The notes under the pieces: generated by a model
The model's input: the letters and a program-made list of their open reading frames with translations, nothing else
What the model was told of the DNA's origin: nothing
Databases searched by the model: none
Shown: positions 1-9,386 of the stretch, piece after piece
Position numbering within the stretch: the stretch's first letter is position 1
Layout: each line of letters starts with the position of its first letter
Program-made: the position numbers and the translations under genes
IMG/VR virus record: IMGVR_UViG_2974729571_000001
Span: 29,788 to 93,787 of that record
Length of the DNA stretch: 64,000 nt
Source: a virus
Lineage: Duplodnaviria; Caudoviricetes
Direction: 5' to 3' (one strand)

Positions 1-1602
1 CTAGTTCTTCCTGCAAATAGTGTAATAGAGCTTCCTCTTAATTCATTTAAGACTAATTACAATCTTACTAATATATCATATCTATATTATGATATGAAGA
101 ATTGTAAGTACTCGCTTACTGGTAAGGGCTTCTCTAATTGTAAACTAATTAATGTTCATAGATGCTTCTCTGAAATAGAAACTAGCTTCGTTAAGAAAGG
201 TTTTATTCCTTATGGACTATTCTATATGGAACAAACTTCTAATGTTAGCTATAAAGGTTGGAATGAACTAGATGCAGCTAGTCAAAATATTACAGAGAAC
301 TATGGTATAGATAGTGACGGTAATTGGATTGAAAGTGCTGAAATGCCAGTAGAGATTACTTATAGTAAACAACGAACTCGTCCTAGAAAGACAATAGTTA
401 ATATGTCTTATTGCTTAGAAAGATTTCAAAGTACAGAAGCACAAGGTTATACTGGGAATTATGGTAATTTTACTCCTAGTAATTACGGAGATATAATAGT
501 CCCTAATGAAAAGTATAATCCAGTTAAGTATATTCTTAATCCAAATTATGACCCTAGAGAATATCTTGATGAAGAGCAGACAATGATTAACTATAATAGA
601 GATATTCATAGAGTAATCTTAAATAAAGATTATGATAAATATGAATATGCTTGGAATGAATATGCCTACGATGGACTTAGTGGACTTGAAGATATTATAT
701 TAAATAGTAGTCTTTATACAGCTGTTTCAAATGGAACAATAAATTGTTCTCCTGTTATACCCGATGTATTTAAAGATGCTGCTGCTTCAATTGCTCCACC
801 TAGTTCTGTTCATGCTAATAGAAAAGTATTAAATTACTTATGTTCGCCTGACTTATTCTATTATTGTACTAATGAAACTAATATGGTTATTGAAGGTGTG
901 TTTAGTGGTAGTGGTAGACCTAATGGAGACTCAACATACGATTACTTTAACTATGGTATTCGTGGTCGTATTCCAACTAACTTATTTAAACCAGTTAGTA
1001 ATGTTACCGATTTATCAATGACATTCCATCGTTGTCCTTTAATTCTTCCATATAAATGGAATAATTCCACAGGAGATATTGGTGAAATGTTCTCTAAGCA
1101 AATGTTCGCAGGATTAACTAAATTAACTAATATATCTTATATGTTCTATTTCTGTGTAATTCCTGCCGATGTTATTGTGCCTGTTGAATTTGTAATTGAT
1201 TGTATTAACTTACAGGATATATCTTGTTTGTTCTTAGCCGCACAATTTGAATCAACTGCTAGTCAAGCACAACAAGTAGACGATAACATATTCGCTAAGA
1301 ATGTTAATCTAAGGAATATTAGTTATGCTTTTGCTAGTGGGCAAAGCCAAGGAGACTGGTCAGGTAGAAGTCCTAAGAAGATTAGTTCTACATTGTTTAA
1401 TGCTAATAAACATAAACAACTTACTAATGTTACTGGTGTGTTCTATAATGCGACTTCTACTACTGGTAGTGTTCCTGAATTTTGGAATTGGCTAAATAAT
1501 CTATCCTCTGTTAATAGAGCGAACGTATTCTATGCTATGCGTAAGGCTAATCTTACTAATGGTAATAATGTTCCTAGTAGATGGGATACAGGTATGGTAT
1601 AA
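1..1602 (+). CDS. C-terminal part of a large leucine-rich-repeat (BspA/DUF285-like) virion or surface protein; 5' end lies outside the window
   Basis: Frame is open from base 1. Repeats VTDLSMTFHRC, LTNISYMFYFC, LQDISCLFLAA, LRNISYAFASG and LTNVTGVFYNA match the DUF285/BspA LRR pattern. Confidence 0.7.
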   Translation, partial: LVLPANSVIELPLNSFKTNYNLTNISYLYYDMKNCKYSLTGKGFSNCKLINVHRCFSEIETSFVKKGFIPYGLFYMEQTSNVSYKGWNELDAASQNITENYGIDSDGNWIESAEMPVEITYSKQRTRPRKTIVNMSYCLERFQSTEAQGYTGNYGNFTPSNYGDIIVPNEKYNPVKYILNPNYDPREYLDEEQTMINYNRDIHRVILNKDYDKYEYAWNEYAYDGLSGLEDIILNSSLYTAVSNGTINCSPVIPDVFKDAAASIAPPSSVHANRKVLNYLCSPDLFYYCTNETNMVIEGVFSGSGRPNGDSTYDYFNYGIRGRIPTNLFKPVSNVTDLSMTFHRCPLILPYKWNNSTGDIGEMFSKQMFAGLTKLTNISYMFYFCVIPADVIVPVEFVIDCINLQDISCLFLAAQFESTASQAQQVDDNIFAKNVNLRNISYAFASGQSQGDWSGRSPKKISSTLFNANKHKQLTNVTGVFYNATSTTGSVPEFWNWLNNLSSVNRANVFYAMRKANLTNGNNVPSRWDTGMV

Positions 1603-1750
1603 CAAAAAGTTGATAATAGTATTGTATAATTAAACAAAATTTAGTTTCTTGTAGCGTCCCCCCATAAAGGAGTGAGTATTAACAGTAATCACACCTCTTT
1701 ACGGGGGAATGTTACAAAGACCAATTAATAATCATTTAAAAGTAATTATC

Positions 1751-2029
1751 ATGGATAATCGTATTTATAACAGAGCTAATGCAGCTAATAGTTTACAGAT
1801 TTCTATAATGGGTAAAGTTGAAGCTGTTGCAGAGTTTTCTATTCCTAATGGAATGGGTGGTAAAGAACCTTTCCTATTAAAGAATATAACCGAAGACCCA
1901 ATACAAGTAGAAGTAGTTCTTGCAGGTATGGAAGAACCTATTACTACAACTATTTATTCCGGTTGGAATGTTGAGTTAGTTAAACAAGTTAATAACGCTG
2001 TTGCTGATACGTTACAATATGGGTACTAA
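1751..2029 (+). CDS. Small structural/tail-associated hypothetical protein
   Basis: ORF 1709-2029. Likely start is ATG 1751 (MDNRIYN) after an AT-rich leader. Phage-typical codons; overlaps the next gene. Confidence 0.65.
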   Translation: MDNRIYNRANAANSLQISIMGKVEAVAEFSIPNGMGGKEPFLLKNITEDPIQVEVVLAGMEEPITTTIYSGWNVELVKQVNNAVADTLQYGY

Positions 2030-5000
2030 TACTGGACTTGGTATAGGTATCGGTATTCCTTTTAAAAACAATGCTCTTGGTGGAGATAAGCCTTATTTTC
2101 CACCGGAGCTTAAAGCTAGAATGATTGGTGTTTGGACTAATTATGGTAAGAAGAATACTGATGCTGATAGGAATATTATTAAGAATAAGATTCCTAATGC
2201 TGGCGGAGATTTAGAGATTCTAAATGCTGCATATAAATTAAATAGTGGATTCGGAAAATATAGTGAAGATTTTACTACTTGGACTAAAAATAGTAAGATA
2301 ACTTCTGTTGATTCCGAATCTTTTGATTTTGTTACCAATGTTAATTGGAATTTATTATATTATAAATCAAATATTGGAAAAGATATACCTTCTTTTAAAG
2401 TTCATATTAAACTTAAAGGAGAAGGCAAAGTATTTTATAATTATATAACTTCGGAAGGAGTATTTACTAATAAGGCTATTACATCAGAAGAATATGTGGT
2501 TCCTATTAGTTATAATACTAAATATACTGGTGAAACTCCTGTAAATTGTGGATTTTCTATTGGTATTACATCAGAAGAATGTAGTGGAACTATAACTCAA
2601 ATTCCAAACTTTGAAGATGCTTTTGTTACCGATGGTATAAACGATATGATTATTAGTCAAAAGACTCTTCAAGAAATGGGAGTTACTAAAGAACTTACTA
2701 TTGTTAGTATGATTCATCAGATATCTTGGAGAGATTCTGCTTCTGTTCCATTAACTAATTATATTAGAAATGGAGATACTTTTATAAGAAATTCTATTAG
2801 TAATATTGGTAAAACTGGAATATATGGTTATACATGTTTTAATATTAAAAATGTTAATTCTAGTGCTTCTAAAGTAATAAATAATATATTAGGAGATAAG
2901 AATGACTATATTGTAGAATATAAAGGAGATATATTATCGGAAAGATTTAGTGTACAAGGACATATAGATGGTAATGGTAATATACTTGAAACAAGTAGTG
3001 TTGCTCATTATTGGACTTTTGCTGTATTAGGTAAAGCTACCGAAGATGAGATTAATCTTATCATTGGTAACTATAATCTTGACCGTAGTCTTAAACCTGA
3101 TATATTATGTAATATAGGTAAGCAAGGTATTACTAATGATAATCATGCTGACTTTAATGATAAACTTGTTGATTATAGTGGTAATGGTAGAGATATTCAA
3201 ATGAATAATCTAGCTTGGAAAGGCGGTAGTGGTATTGCTGCAAAACCTTTTGAAACTATTAAGGATTATGCCATCGTGTCTGATGAAGCTAGACAAAAAC
3301 TTACTATTTATAATGAGTTTAGTTACAAAATAAAGTCTAATACCCCTAGTTACTATTGGACAGTACAATCTATTATAAGAGATAATACTTCATATCAAGT
3401 AACTATTATTACTGACAAAGATTGTTATTGGATTAATGCAACGACTTTTATCAATAGTGAAGGAAATAAAGAAAATATAAGAAAAAAATATCCAGTATTA
3501 GCTAATACACCTACACAAGTTATTATATGTGGATTAGACCAATTTGAATATCCCGAAGGTATAGAACCAACTAATGCTGTATCTTATGTTAATTTAGAAT
3601 ATGCAGGAGAAATAACTATTACATTTATTCCTAGTCATAAAGGAGGATTGTTGCTTGACGGAGTAAATGACTTCGGTAAGGTGACAGGAATGCCGATTTA
3701 CAAGGATTATACTATTATTGCTGATTATGAAAGATTTTATTTAGAACCAATTACAGGAGGTCGAGCATCTATTCTTTCTAAATCTTCTAAAGTTGGAGAT
3801 GGTTCTTTTATTTTTAATTTAGAAGACCAAGACGGAGGTAAAGCGTGTTATACATTTGGAGGAGCTAATGGTAATATATCCGATGATATAACAAGAATTA
3901 TTCGTTATCAAAGTAAGTATTATAATACTAAAACATTAAGTATTGGTACAGCAGAAGATAATGATTTTATGGTTCTTGGAAAAGTTCGTGAAGTAGATAG
4001 TAGACATTTCTATGGTGTTATCTATTCTCTCATGACTTTCCCATATAGTATGTCCGAGTTCTTGATAGAGCGTCAGTTGAAGAAGCACAAGCTGGGTACG
4101 CTGTATCCGGATATGGTGGAGTTTAGACCTGTTATAAAAGCTAATAATGACTATGAAATAGTTTATACTGCTATTATCAAACCTGATAATTGGCAAGAAA
4201 TATCTATTGGAGATTATGTAACAGTTGGTAAATCAGTAGCTATTCAAATTAAATTAAACCTTCCACTTGAAGTTACGAATGTATCTAGTAATTCTTTAGC
4301 TGATGTGTCTTTTTATAAAGAAGAGACTGGTGATAATGTTTATACTATATATGGTCGATTATTGGATGGTAAATCTCCTCAAAAGATAAACATCACAATT
4401 GACGAATACATCAGATTCGAAGATATTGTTCAGCCGTATCCATCTTTATTTACTCTTATTGATTATGATACAGAAGAGGTATATAGTTGGGGAAGTAAAC
4501 TAAAAGTAGGTGCTAGGTTTAAGGGTAACGTAGTTAACTTATTACCTAATATGTACGAATGGCAAGGTAATGTATTATATAATGGAGAAGTATTAGATTG
4601 GGGTATTAAGCCCGGAGTTGTTGCCAAAGAGATGGTCTTTAGTTGGAATATGCCATTTAAATATCTAATTGACAACAATGAACCAAAAGTAATCTTATCT
4701 CCTAGATTATTAAGAATACCCAATAGTTCATATAAGATTTTAGGTTATATCCCCGATATTAGCGGTCATGGTAACCATGGTAAGATAAACAATTCTGCTT
4801 ATGCAGAAGGAAGTGGAGTTAATGAAGATGGTTCATACCAATTTGATGGTGTAGACGACTTTGTTACTATTCCTACTATTGTTGGTGGTAAGCAGGTGTT
4901 GATGAAGGTGAATTGGGACAAGACAATTGCAGACGCTATCCTATACGACCAAAGAGGTTATCCTAATGAGTTTGCTATCTATAATGCTGATGCGGACAAT

Positions 5001-5300
5001 AATAATAATCCTGTTTTTGCTTATCAGGCAAGAAATAATGGGCAAACATATATTGATGGTATTTTGAATAAAAATATCAAAGCATCTGAATTGAGGGCTA
5101 TTACTCATAATATAACTATTACAAATGAATTAAGTACAGGGACAAATACATCTTCTCCTGTTATTGGTTCAAATAGAGTACACGATGCTTACTTTACTAA
5201 TATGGCATTGTACGACTTCATGCTCTTCGATGAAATCTCAACAGACGATAAGATTAAAGAGCTGAATGAGTATGTAGGTATAGAAGGCAATACAGAATGA
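2019..5300 (+). CDS. Tail fibre/receptor-binding-like protein with three LamG/concanavalin-like repeats
   Basis: Repeated FVTDGINDMI, LLLDGVNDFG and YQFDGVDDFV, plus DYSGNGRD and DISGHGNHG motifs typical of LamG-like lectin domains. Probable start ATG 2019. Confidence 0.65.
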   Translation: MGTNTGLGIGIGIPFKNNALGGDKPYFPPELKARMIGVWTNYGKKNTDADRNIIKNKIPNAGGDLEILNAAYKLNSGFGKYSEDFTTWTKNSKITSVDSESFDFVTNVNWNLLYYKSNIGKDIPSFKVHIKLKGEGKVFYNYITSEGVFTNKAITSEEYVVPISYNTKYTGETPVNCGFSIGITSEECSGTITQIPNFEDAFVTDGINDMIISQKTLQEMGVTKELTIVSMIHQISWRDSASVPLTNYIRNGDTFIRNSISNIGKTGIYGYTCFNIKNVNSSASKVINNILGDKNDYIVEYKGDILSERFSVQGHIDGNGNILETSSVAHYWTFAVLGKATEDEINLIIGNYNLDRSLKPDILCNIGKQGITNDNHADFNDKLVDYSGNGRDIQMNNLAWKGGSGIAAKPFETIKDYAIVSDEARQKLTIYNEFSYKIKSNTPSYYWTVQSIIRDNTSYQVTIITDKDCYWINATTFINSEGNKENIRKKYPVLANTPTQVIICGLDQFEYPEGIEPTNAVSYVNLEYAGEITITFIPSHKGGLLLDGVNDFGKVTGMPIYKDYTIIADYERFYLEPITGGRASILSKSSKVGDGSFIFNLEDQDGGKACYTFGGANGNISDDITRIIRYQSKYYNTKTLSIGTAEDNDFMVLGKVREVDSRHFYGVIYSLMTFPYSMSEFLIERQLKKHKLGTLYPDMVEFRPVIKANNDYEIVYTAIIKPDNWQEISIGDYVTVGKSVAIQIKLNLPLEVTNVSSNSLADVSFYKEETGDNVYTIYGRLLDGKSPQKINITIDEYIRFEDIVQPYPSLFTLIDYDTEEVYSWGSKLKVGARFKGNVVNLLPNMYEWQGNVLYNGEVLDWGIKPGVVAKEMVFSWNMPFKYLIDNNEPKVILSPRLLRIPNSSYKILGYIPDISGHGNHGKINNSAYAEGSGVNEDGSYQFDGVDDFVTIPTIVGGKQVLMKVNWDKTIADAILYDQRGYPNEFAIYNADADNNNNPVFAYQARNNGQTYIDGILNKNIKASELRAITHNITITNELSTGTNTSSPVIGSNRVHDAYFTNMALYDFMLFDEISTDDKIKELNEYVGIEGNTE

Positions 5301-5353
5301 AGAAAGACGAAATAATTGATTTAACTAACCCGATATTTATAAAAAATGAATAA

Positions 5354-5452
5354 ATGAAAATAATGCCTTATAAACTACTTAAAGTAGTTTATATAATACT
5401 TGCTATAATTGCAGTAGTTATGTATACATTAAGTTTAATATTTAATATTTAA
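5354..5452 (+). CDS. 32-aa single-TM peptide (MKIMPYKLLKVVYIILAIIAVVMYTLSLIFNI)
   Basis: Translated by hand. Fills the gap between genes; one hydrophobic helix. Confidence 0.45.
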   Translation: MKIMPYKLLKVVYIILAIIAVVMYTLSLIFNI

Positions 5453-5457
5453 AGATT

Positions 5458-5769
5458 ATGATTGATTACATTGTGTTTCCTATTGCTGATATAGATGAAG
5501 AGAAGTCAGCAAAGATTGATGAACTTAATTTAGTTCCTCGTAGTAATGTTAGTAAAGACAAAGTATTGATGAAGTGCCAACATTATAAAGAAGTGTTTCC
5601 TGAAAAAGTAACTAGAACAGTTACTACTGATGAAGAAGGATTGGAAATTATTAGTATTGAATATCCTTATGAAACTTATTCTAATGAAGCACTTGCTACT
5701 TTATTGTCAAGTCCTGAATGGAATTTTAAAGAAGATGAGGTAATAGAAGATTCCCCCATAGAGGAATAA
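5458..5769 (+). CDS. Acidic hypothetical protein (possible tail-fibre assembly chaperone)
   Basis: 103-aa ORF downstream of the fibre gene; function inferred from position only. Confidence 0.6.
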   Translation: MIDYIVFPIADIDEEKSAKIDELNLVPRSNVSKDKVLMKCQHYKEVFPEKVTRTVTTDEEGLEIISIEYPYETYSNEALATLLSSPEWNFKEDEVIEDSPIEE

Positions 5770-5788
5770 CATTACTTTTATTGCTTAA

Positions 5789-6004
5789 GCTGCTATTCGT
5801 CCTTATCAGGATAAACTTATCCAGTGCGAAATCGAGAGAGCGTTCACCGCAGGTATCAATTATGTCGATAAAAAGACTTGTAATGTTATCTATGGTGTTA
5901 CTTGTCTACCTAATGAGCCTACTACAACAGGTCTTGTTGGTAGAAATGCCAATGGTTGTCTACCGTGCGGATTTACTCAAACTGCTAGTACTCCTGCTAC
6001 ATAA
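5789..6004 (+). pseudogene. 5'-truncated gene remnant (AAIRPYQDKLIQCEIERAFTAGINY...TPAT*)
   Basis: 71 open codons with protein-like composition, directly preceded by in-frame TAA (5786-5788), with no ATG. Confidence 0.55.
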
Positions 6005-6031
6005 TATTACTAATCAACTAAAGAATAAGTT

Positions 6032-6547
6032 ATGTTACCTATTAATCAAGTTATACTGGGCGGAACAGACCCTTTGTTAAATACTGGAAGTCTTACCGAC
6101 CAAATCCAATATTTAGAAGAACAGAAACGACTTATTGAAGCTAGACAAAAACAGATTCAACAAGCTGCTAATGGACAACAAACTTTACAACAAGTTAGTC
6201 CTCAACAAACTGCTAAAGTAAGTGTTTGGGACTTGATTGATGCAGAGATTGAACCTCTTACTAATGAGCAAAGAAATATGCTTGCTACTAATGAAGAATA
6301 TGTAGCTAACTATAATAATCTTCAATCTATGGTTCAAGCAGAAGTTCTTAATCTAGTAAGAGCTAATATTGAAAATAGTCCGGAAGGTAAAACTCTGTTA
6401 GATAATCAACTAAAGTTAGTTAAGAATCTAAAGACTAGTATAATCGAGATGTCACAAAGAGAGATGCAATTGTTCAATGCTTTTAAAGAAGCTAGTGCAA
6501 AGAATCCTTCTCTTACTTATGAAGAATTTATTAAAACTATGAAGTGA
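6032..6547 (+). CDS. Gln-rich coiled-coil hypothetical protein
   Basis: 171-aa ORF with phage-typical codon usage. Confidence 0.75.
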   Translation: MLPINQVILGGTDPLLNTGSLTDQIQYLEEQKRLIEARQKQIQQAANGQQTLQQVSPQQTAKVSVWDLIDAEIEPLTNEQRNMLATNEEYVANYNNLQSMVQAEVLNLVRANIENSPEGKTLLDNQLKLVKNLKTSIIEMSQREMQLFNAFKEASAKNPSLTYEEFIKTMK

Positions 6548-6735
6548 TGGTAGAAGTTGCTGATGTTTATGTAGCTATTAATGCTCAATATCACGACTAC
6601 TGTGAACTATTCGAGAAATGGTTCGGAAAAGGAAACTTCGACGATATGATATTCGAGAGTGCTATCAGCTTTTGGTTCGATGATGTAGACTTCGGAGAAG
6701 ATAAACTCTGGAAATACTTTAATGAATTGAAGTAA
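6547..6735 (+). CDS. Short acidic protein, possibly a deletion-fusion remnant
   Basis: 62-63-aa ORF overlapping the upstream stop (TGATG) and followed by a terminator. Confidence 0.55.
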   Translation: MVEVADVYVAINAQYHDYCELFEKWFGKGNFDDMIFESAISFWFDDVDFGEDKLWKYFNELK

Positions 6736-6756
6736 TACAAGTTCTGTTATATTCCT

Positions 6757-6797
6757 AAAGAGAGATTACTAAATAATAGTAGTCTCTCTTTCTTTTT
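6757..6797 (+). terminator. Intrinsic terminator
   Basis: AAAGAGAGATTACTA-AATAA-TAGTAGTCTCTCTTT followed by CTTTTT. Confidence 0.8.
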
Positions 6798-6809
6798 AAA
6801 ATAAAGTCT

Positions 6810-6817
6810 TATATTTG
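6810..6817 (+). promoter_or_regulatory. Bacteroidota -7 promoter element (TATATTTG)
   Basis: TAnnTTTG match right after the terminator, about 20 nt before ATG 6838. No clear -33 element. Confidence 0.5.
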
Positions 6818-6837
6818 CACCTGTAATATAAAACTTA

Positions 6838-7011
6838 ATGCTTATGGGAATCTTAATGAAAGTGTTATTTGTTGCTGTAATAGCTATTACTATTATAGCA
6901 TTTGTATGGAAAGAAGCTACTAGTGTTCTTCCTGCAAAAGTTGTTACCTACATAAGAGTAGGAGGTGTGTTGTTAACTATTATTCTTGGTACTTTGTTAT
7001 TCTTGCTGTAA
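6838..7011 (+). CDS. 57-aa two-TM membrane protein (not in ORF track)
   Basis: MLMGILMKVLFVAVIAITIIAFVWKEATSVLPAKVVTYIRVGGVLLTIILGTLLFLL*. Ends 1 nt before the next ATG. Confidence 0.65.
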   Translation: MLMGILMKVLFVAVIAITIIAFVWKEATSVLPAKVVTYIRVGGVLLTIILGTLLFLL

Positions 7012-7012
7012 T

Positions 7013-7372
7013 ATGGACTTCGGGAATATACTTAGTGAGATTCTACGTACTACGGCTACTAGTTTTGATTTTGCGTTTGTAATCTGTGTAAATGTGCTAG
7101 CATATCTAGTAATTAAACTAGTTGACAAACTTAATGGAAACAAAGTAGTAAGTACTTGGAATAAAAGAGTAATAACTCTAGTATGTGCTTTAATAATGGG
7201 AGTAATATACTTCTCATTAAAGCTAGGAGATGTTAAGGTAGTACTTAATTCTATTATTCTTAGCTTCGTATTTTGGAGCTGGATTATGAAGCCAATATTG
7301 GCGTTCTTCAATATAGACTATCGAAAGTTTATAGAAGTTGAAGATAATGAACCTAATCAATATCCAAAGTAA
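7013..7372 (+). CDS. Putative holin (three TM helices, charged C-terminus)
   Basis: Start MDFGNIL at 7013. Three hydrophobic segments and a hydrophilic tail, a class-I holin-like topology. Confidence 0.55.
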   Translation: MDFGNILSEILRTTATSFDFAFVICVNVLAYLVIKLVDKLNGNKVVSTWNKRVITLVCALIMGVIYFSLKLGDVKVVLNSIILSFVFWSWIMKPILAFFNIDYRKFIEVEDNEPNQYPK

Positions 7373-7397
7373 GTACTATTAGTAAGATTAACAAGTG

Positions 7398-7426
7398 AGA
7401 GTCGACTAGAGATAGTCGGCTCTTTT
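7398..7426 (+). terminator. Intrinsic terminator with GAGA tetraloop
   Basis: AGAGTCGACTA-GAGA-TAGTCGGCTCT followed by TTT. Confidence 0.75.
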
Positions 7427-7659
7427 AGTATACACGCTCCTTTATGGGGGAATAAAAGTATGCCCCACCTTCCTACGCTTTCATAGAAGCTCACCATAGG
7501 ACTTTAATACCTTTCCTTAACTTACTATTATCCGACAGTATTGCGTGCCACCACGGGTCTTAAAATGCGTCACTTGTATAAAAATGTTTACAATGCGAAT
7601 ATCTGTAAGCTAGATAGCAAGCTAGATAAAAGTGCTGAATTAAAATTATTAGTAAAAGT

Positions 7660-7690
7660 CTTGTCGATACCAATATAATAACTATATTTG
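7660..7690 (+). promoter_or_regulatory. Bacteroidota-type promoter for the tail operon
   Basis: CTTG-N19-TATATTTG, 30 nt upstream of ATG 7720. Confidence 0.65.
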
Positions 7691-7719
7691 TTATAATACT
7701 AATTCAAAATAATAGTGAT

Positions 7720-8412
7720 ATGAGTTCGTTAAATCAAATTGTATCTGAAATAGCTCATGCTATTCATCAGCCGAATAACTTTACTGCGAGACGTACTATT
7801 CGTAGTGCAATTATTCATACGTTCAATGAACAGATACGTCAGACTTATCAACGTCATGCTAATGTCGATAAGATATTAATGCAAAGATACAGGATAAGTT
7901 TAATTAATGTTCCTGACGGAGATATATTCCAAACTCTTGTTAGTACTAAGTATAAAGTTAAGAGAAGTAAGGATAGAGTTCCTAGACCAGTTCGTCTTGA
8001 TAACAATTTACCATTTGTTAGTGTTCGTACTGTTGGATATGATAATATGGCTATTCCATTTATTAAGGAAGCAAATGCTCAATTTTATAAAGCTCTTCCA
8101 GGAATGTGTACCAGTTTAAGTTATGATTATATCAATGGTTATTTATATGTTAATAGTAATGGTAATCCACTTATTGAACCATTAGGTCATATTATCATCG
8201 AATCTCCATTTGAGATACCTACTGAAATTCCAATTGAAACTAATGAAAAAATGGAATCAAGTATTGATAATGATGATGAATTTATTATTCCTGAAGATAT
8301 GGTAGAACGTATTAAAGATGTAATCTATAAACGTAATCTACTTAATGTCGAGAGAGTAACTAATGAAGTTCCAGTTAAAGATGATATAAACCAACAACAG
8401 ATAGAAGTATGA
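7720..8412 (+). CDS. Tail ring/adaptor protein
   Basis: 230 aa. Size, position and the C-terminal F-I-I-P-E-D-M motif fit crAss-like ring proteins. Confidence 0.6.
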   Translation: MSSLNQIVSEIAHAIHQPNNFTARRTIRSAIIHTFNEQIRQTYQRHANVDKILMQRYRISLINVPDGDIFQTLVSTKYKVKRSKDRVPRPVRLDNNLPFVSVRTVGYDNMAIPFIKEANAQFYKALPGMCTSLSYDYINGYLYVNSNGNPLIEPLGHIIIESPFEIPTEIPIETNEKMESSIDNDDEFIIPEDMVERIKDVIYKRNLLNVERVTNEVPVKDDINQQQIEV

Positions 8413-9386
8413 AAGTAAATGCAATAGATAGATATGACATACGTAATATGTATACACATTTTATAGAGACAAGTGAAGAGGAGTACGACCTTGTGTCTCA
8501 CAACATAGTCAGATATAAATCTTTGCTTTATCGAATTAAATACTCTATTGAACAAAATAGAAATGCTGTTGAAGCCATATTTGATATATGTGTATATAAC
8601 TACTGGGAATGGAATACAGATGAGTTAGATACTAATCAAAAAATGGAGAAAGCCATAGATGAGAAGTATGTTAAATTTACGGATGTAAAACAATTAAGAT
8701 ATGGTAATCTTTATCGTAATCTAAAGCAATACTTTAGAGTGCTTCGTAAGATAAAAGATTGTGAGATAAGACAAGATGTATTAAAAAAGCGTAAGTTAAT
8801 TACAAGAGAACAATACAAAAAGTATTGTTACCTGTTCTTTGGAGAAATAGGAAGGCAAGTATTGAGGGGAAAGATTTATAAGTTTGAGAAGAAAATAGGT
8901 TGCCTTATTATAGAAAGAGTAAAAAGAACTGAATCACATGTTACTGCTGACGGTAAAGTTATTAAGCATAGAAAACGTATTAACTTTGTAGAAACTAGAA
9001 GAAATAAAGAAGAACTTATTATTAAAGGACTTACGCCTTATAATAAAAAGAAACATCTTGAAGCTATTGCAAAAGGAGAGGAATACGACGGTGTTAAATA
9101 TATATCTTATAATAATTCGGATTGGTCTTGTAGAGTTATTATGATTGACGGTGCAGTTAAGAATAGGACAGTATTTAAGTTTTGCGGTATAAATAATCAC
9201 ATGAATGTTACAAATGCTGAACTACTTGCAAAATGTCATAGTGTAGAAGATATAATAAATCTTGATACTGATATTAACAATCGTGTCTCTCTTATTTCTA
9301 AGTTTGACCCAAGTTATACTCAAAAATATATTAGAAACAATGAACAAAAACCTATCTTCAATAGAAACTATTATCGCAAGACTTGA
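8409..9386 (+). CDS. Basic protein with HU/IHF-like domain
   Basis: FFGEIGRQVLRGKIYKFEKKIGCLIIER resembles the HU/IHF core. crAss-like phages carry IHF-like genes just upstream of the tail tubular gene. Confidence 0.55.
   Translation: MKVNAIDRYDIRNMYTHFIETSEEEYDLVSHNIVRYKSLLYRIKYSIEQNRNAVEAIFDICVYNYWEWNTDELDTNQKMEKAIDEKYVKFTDVKQLRYGNLYRNLKQYFRVLRKIKDCEIRQDVLKKRKLITREQYKKYCYLFFGEIGRQVLRGKIYKFEKKIGCLIIERVKRTESHVTADGKVIKHRKRINFVETRRNKEELIIKGLTPYNKKKHLEAIAKGEEYDGVKYISYNNSDWSCRVIMIDGAVKNRTVFKFCGINNHMNVTNAELLAKCHSVEDIINLDTDINNRVSLISKFDPSYTQKYIRNNEQKPIFNRNYYRKT

Noticed and set aside
2019-5300. Diversity-generating retroelement or invertible tail-fibre cassette
   Set aside because: No reverse transcriptase, recombinase, TR/VR pair or flanking inverted repeats seen in the window.
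5781-6080. 99-aa ORF from the track
   Set aside because: Shadow frame with Leu/Val-rich nonsense composition; the protein-like frame is 5789-6004.
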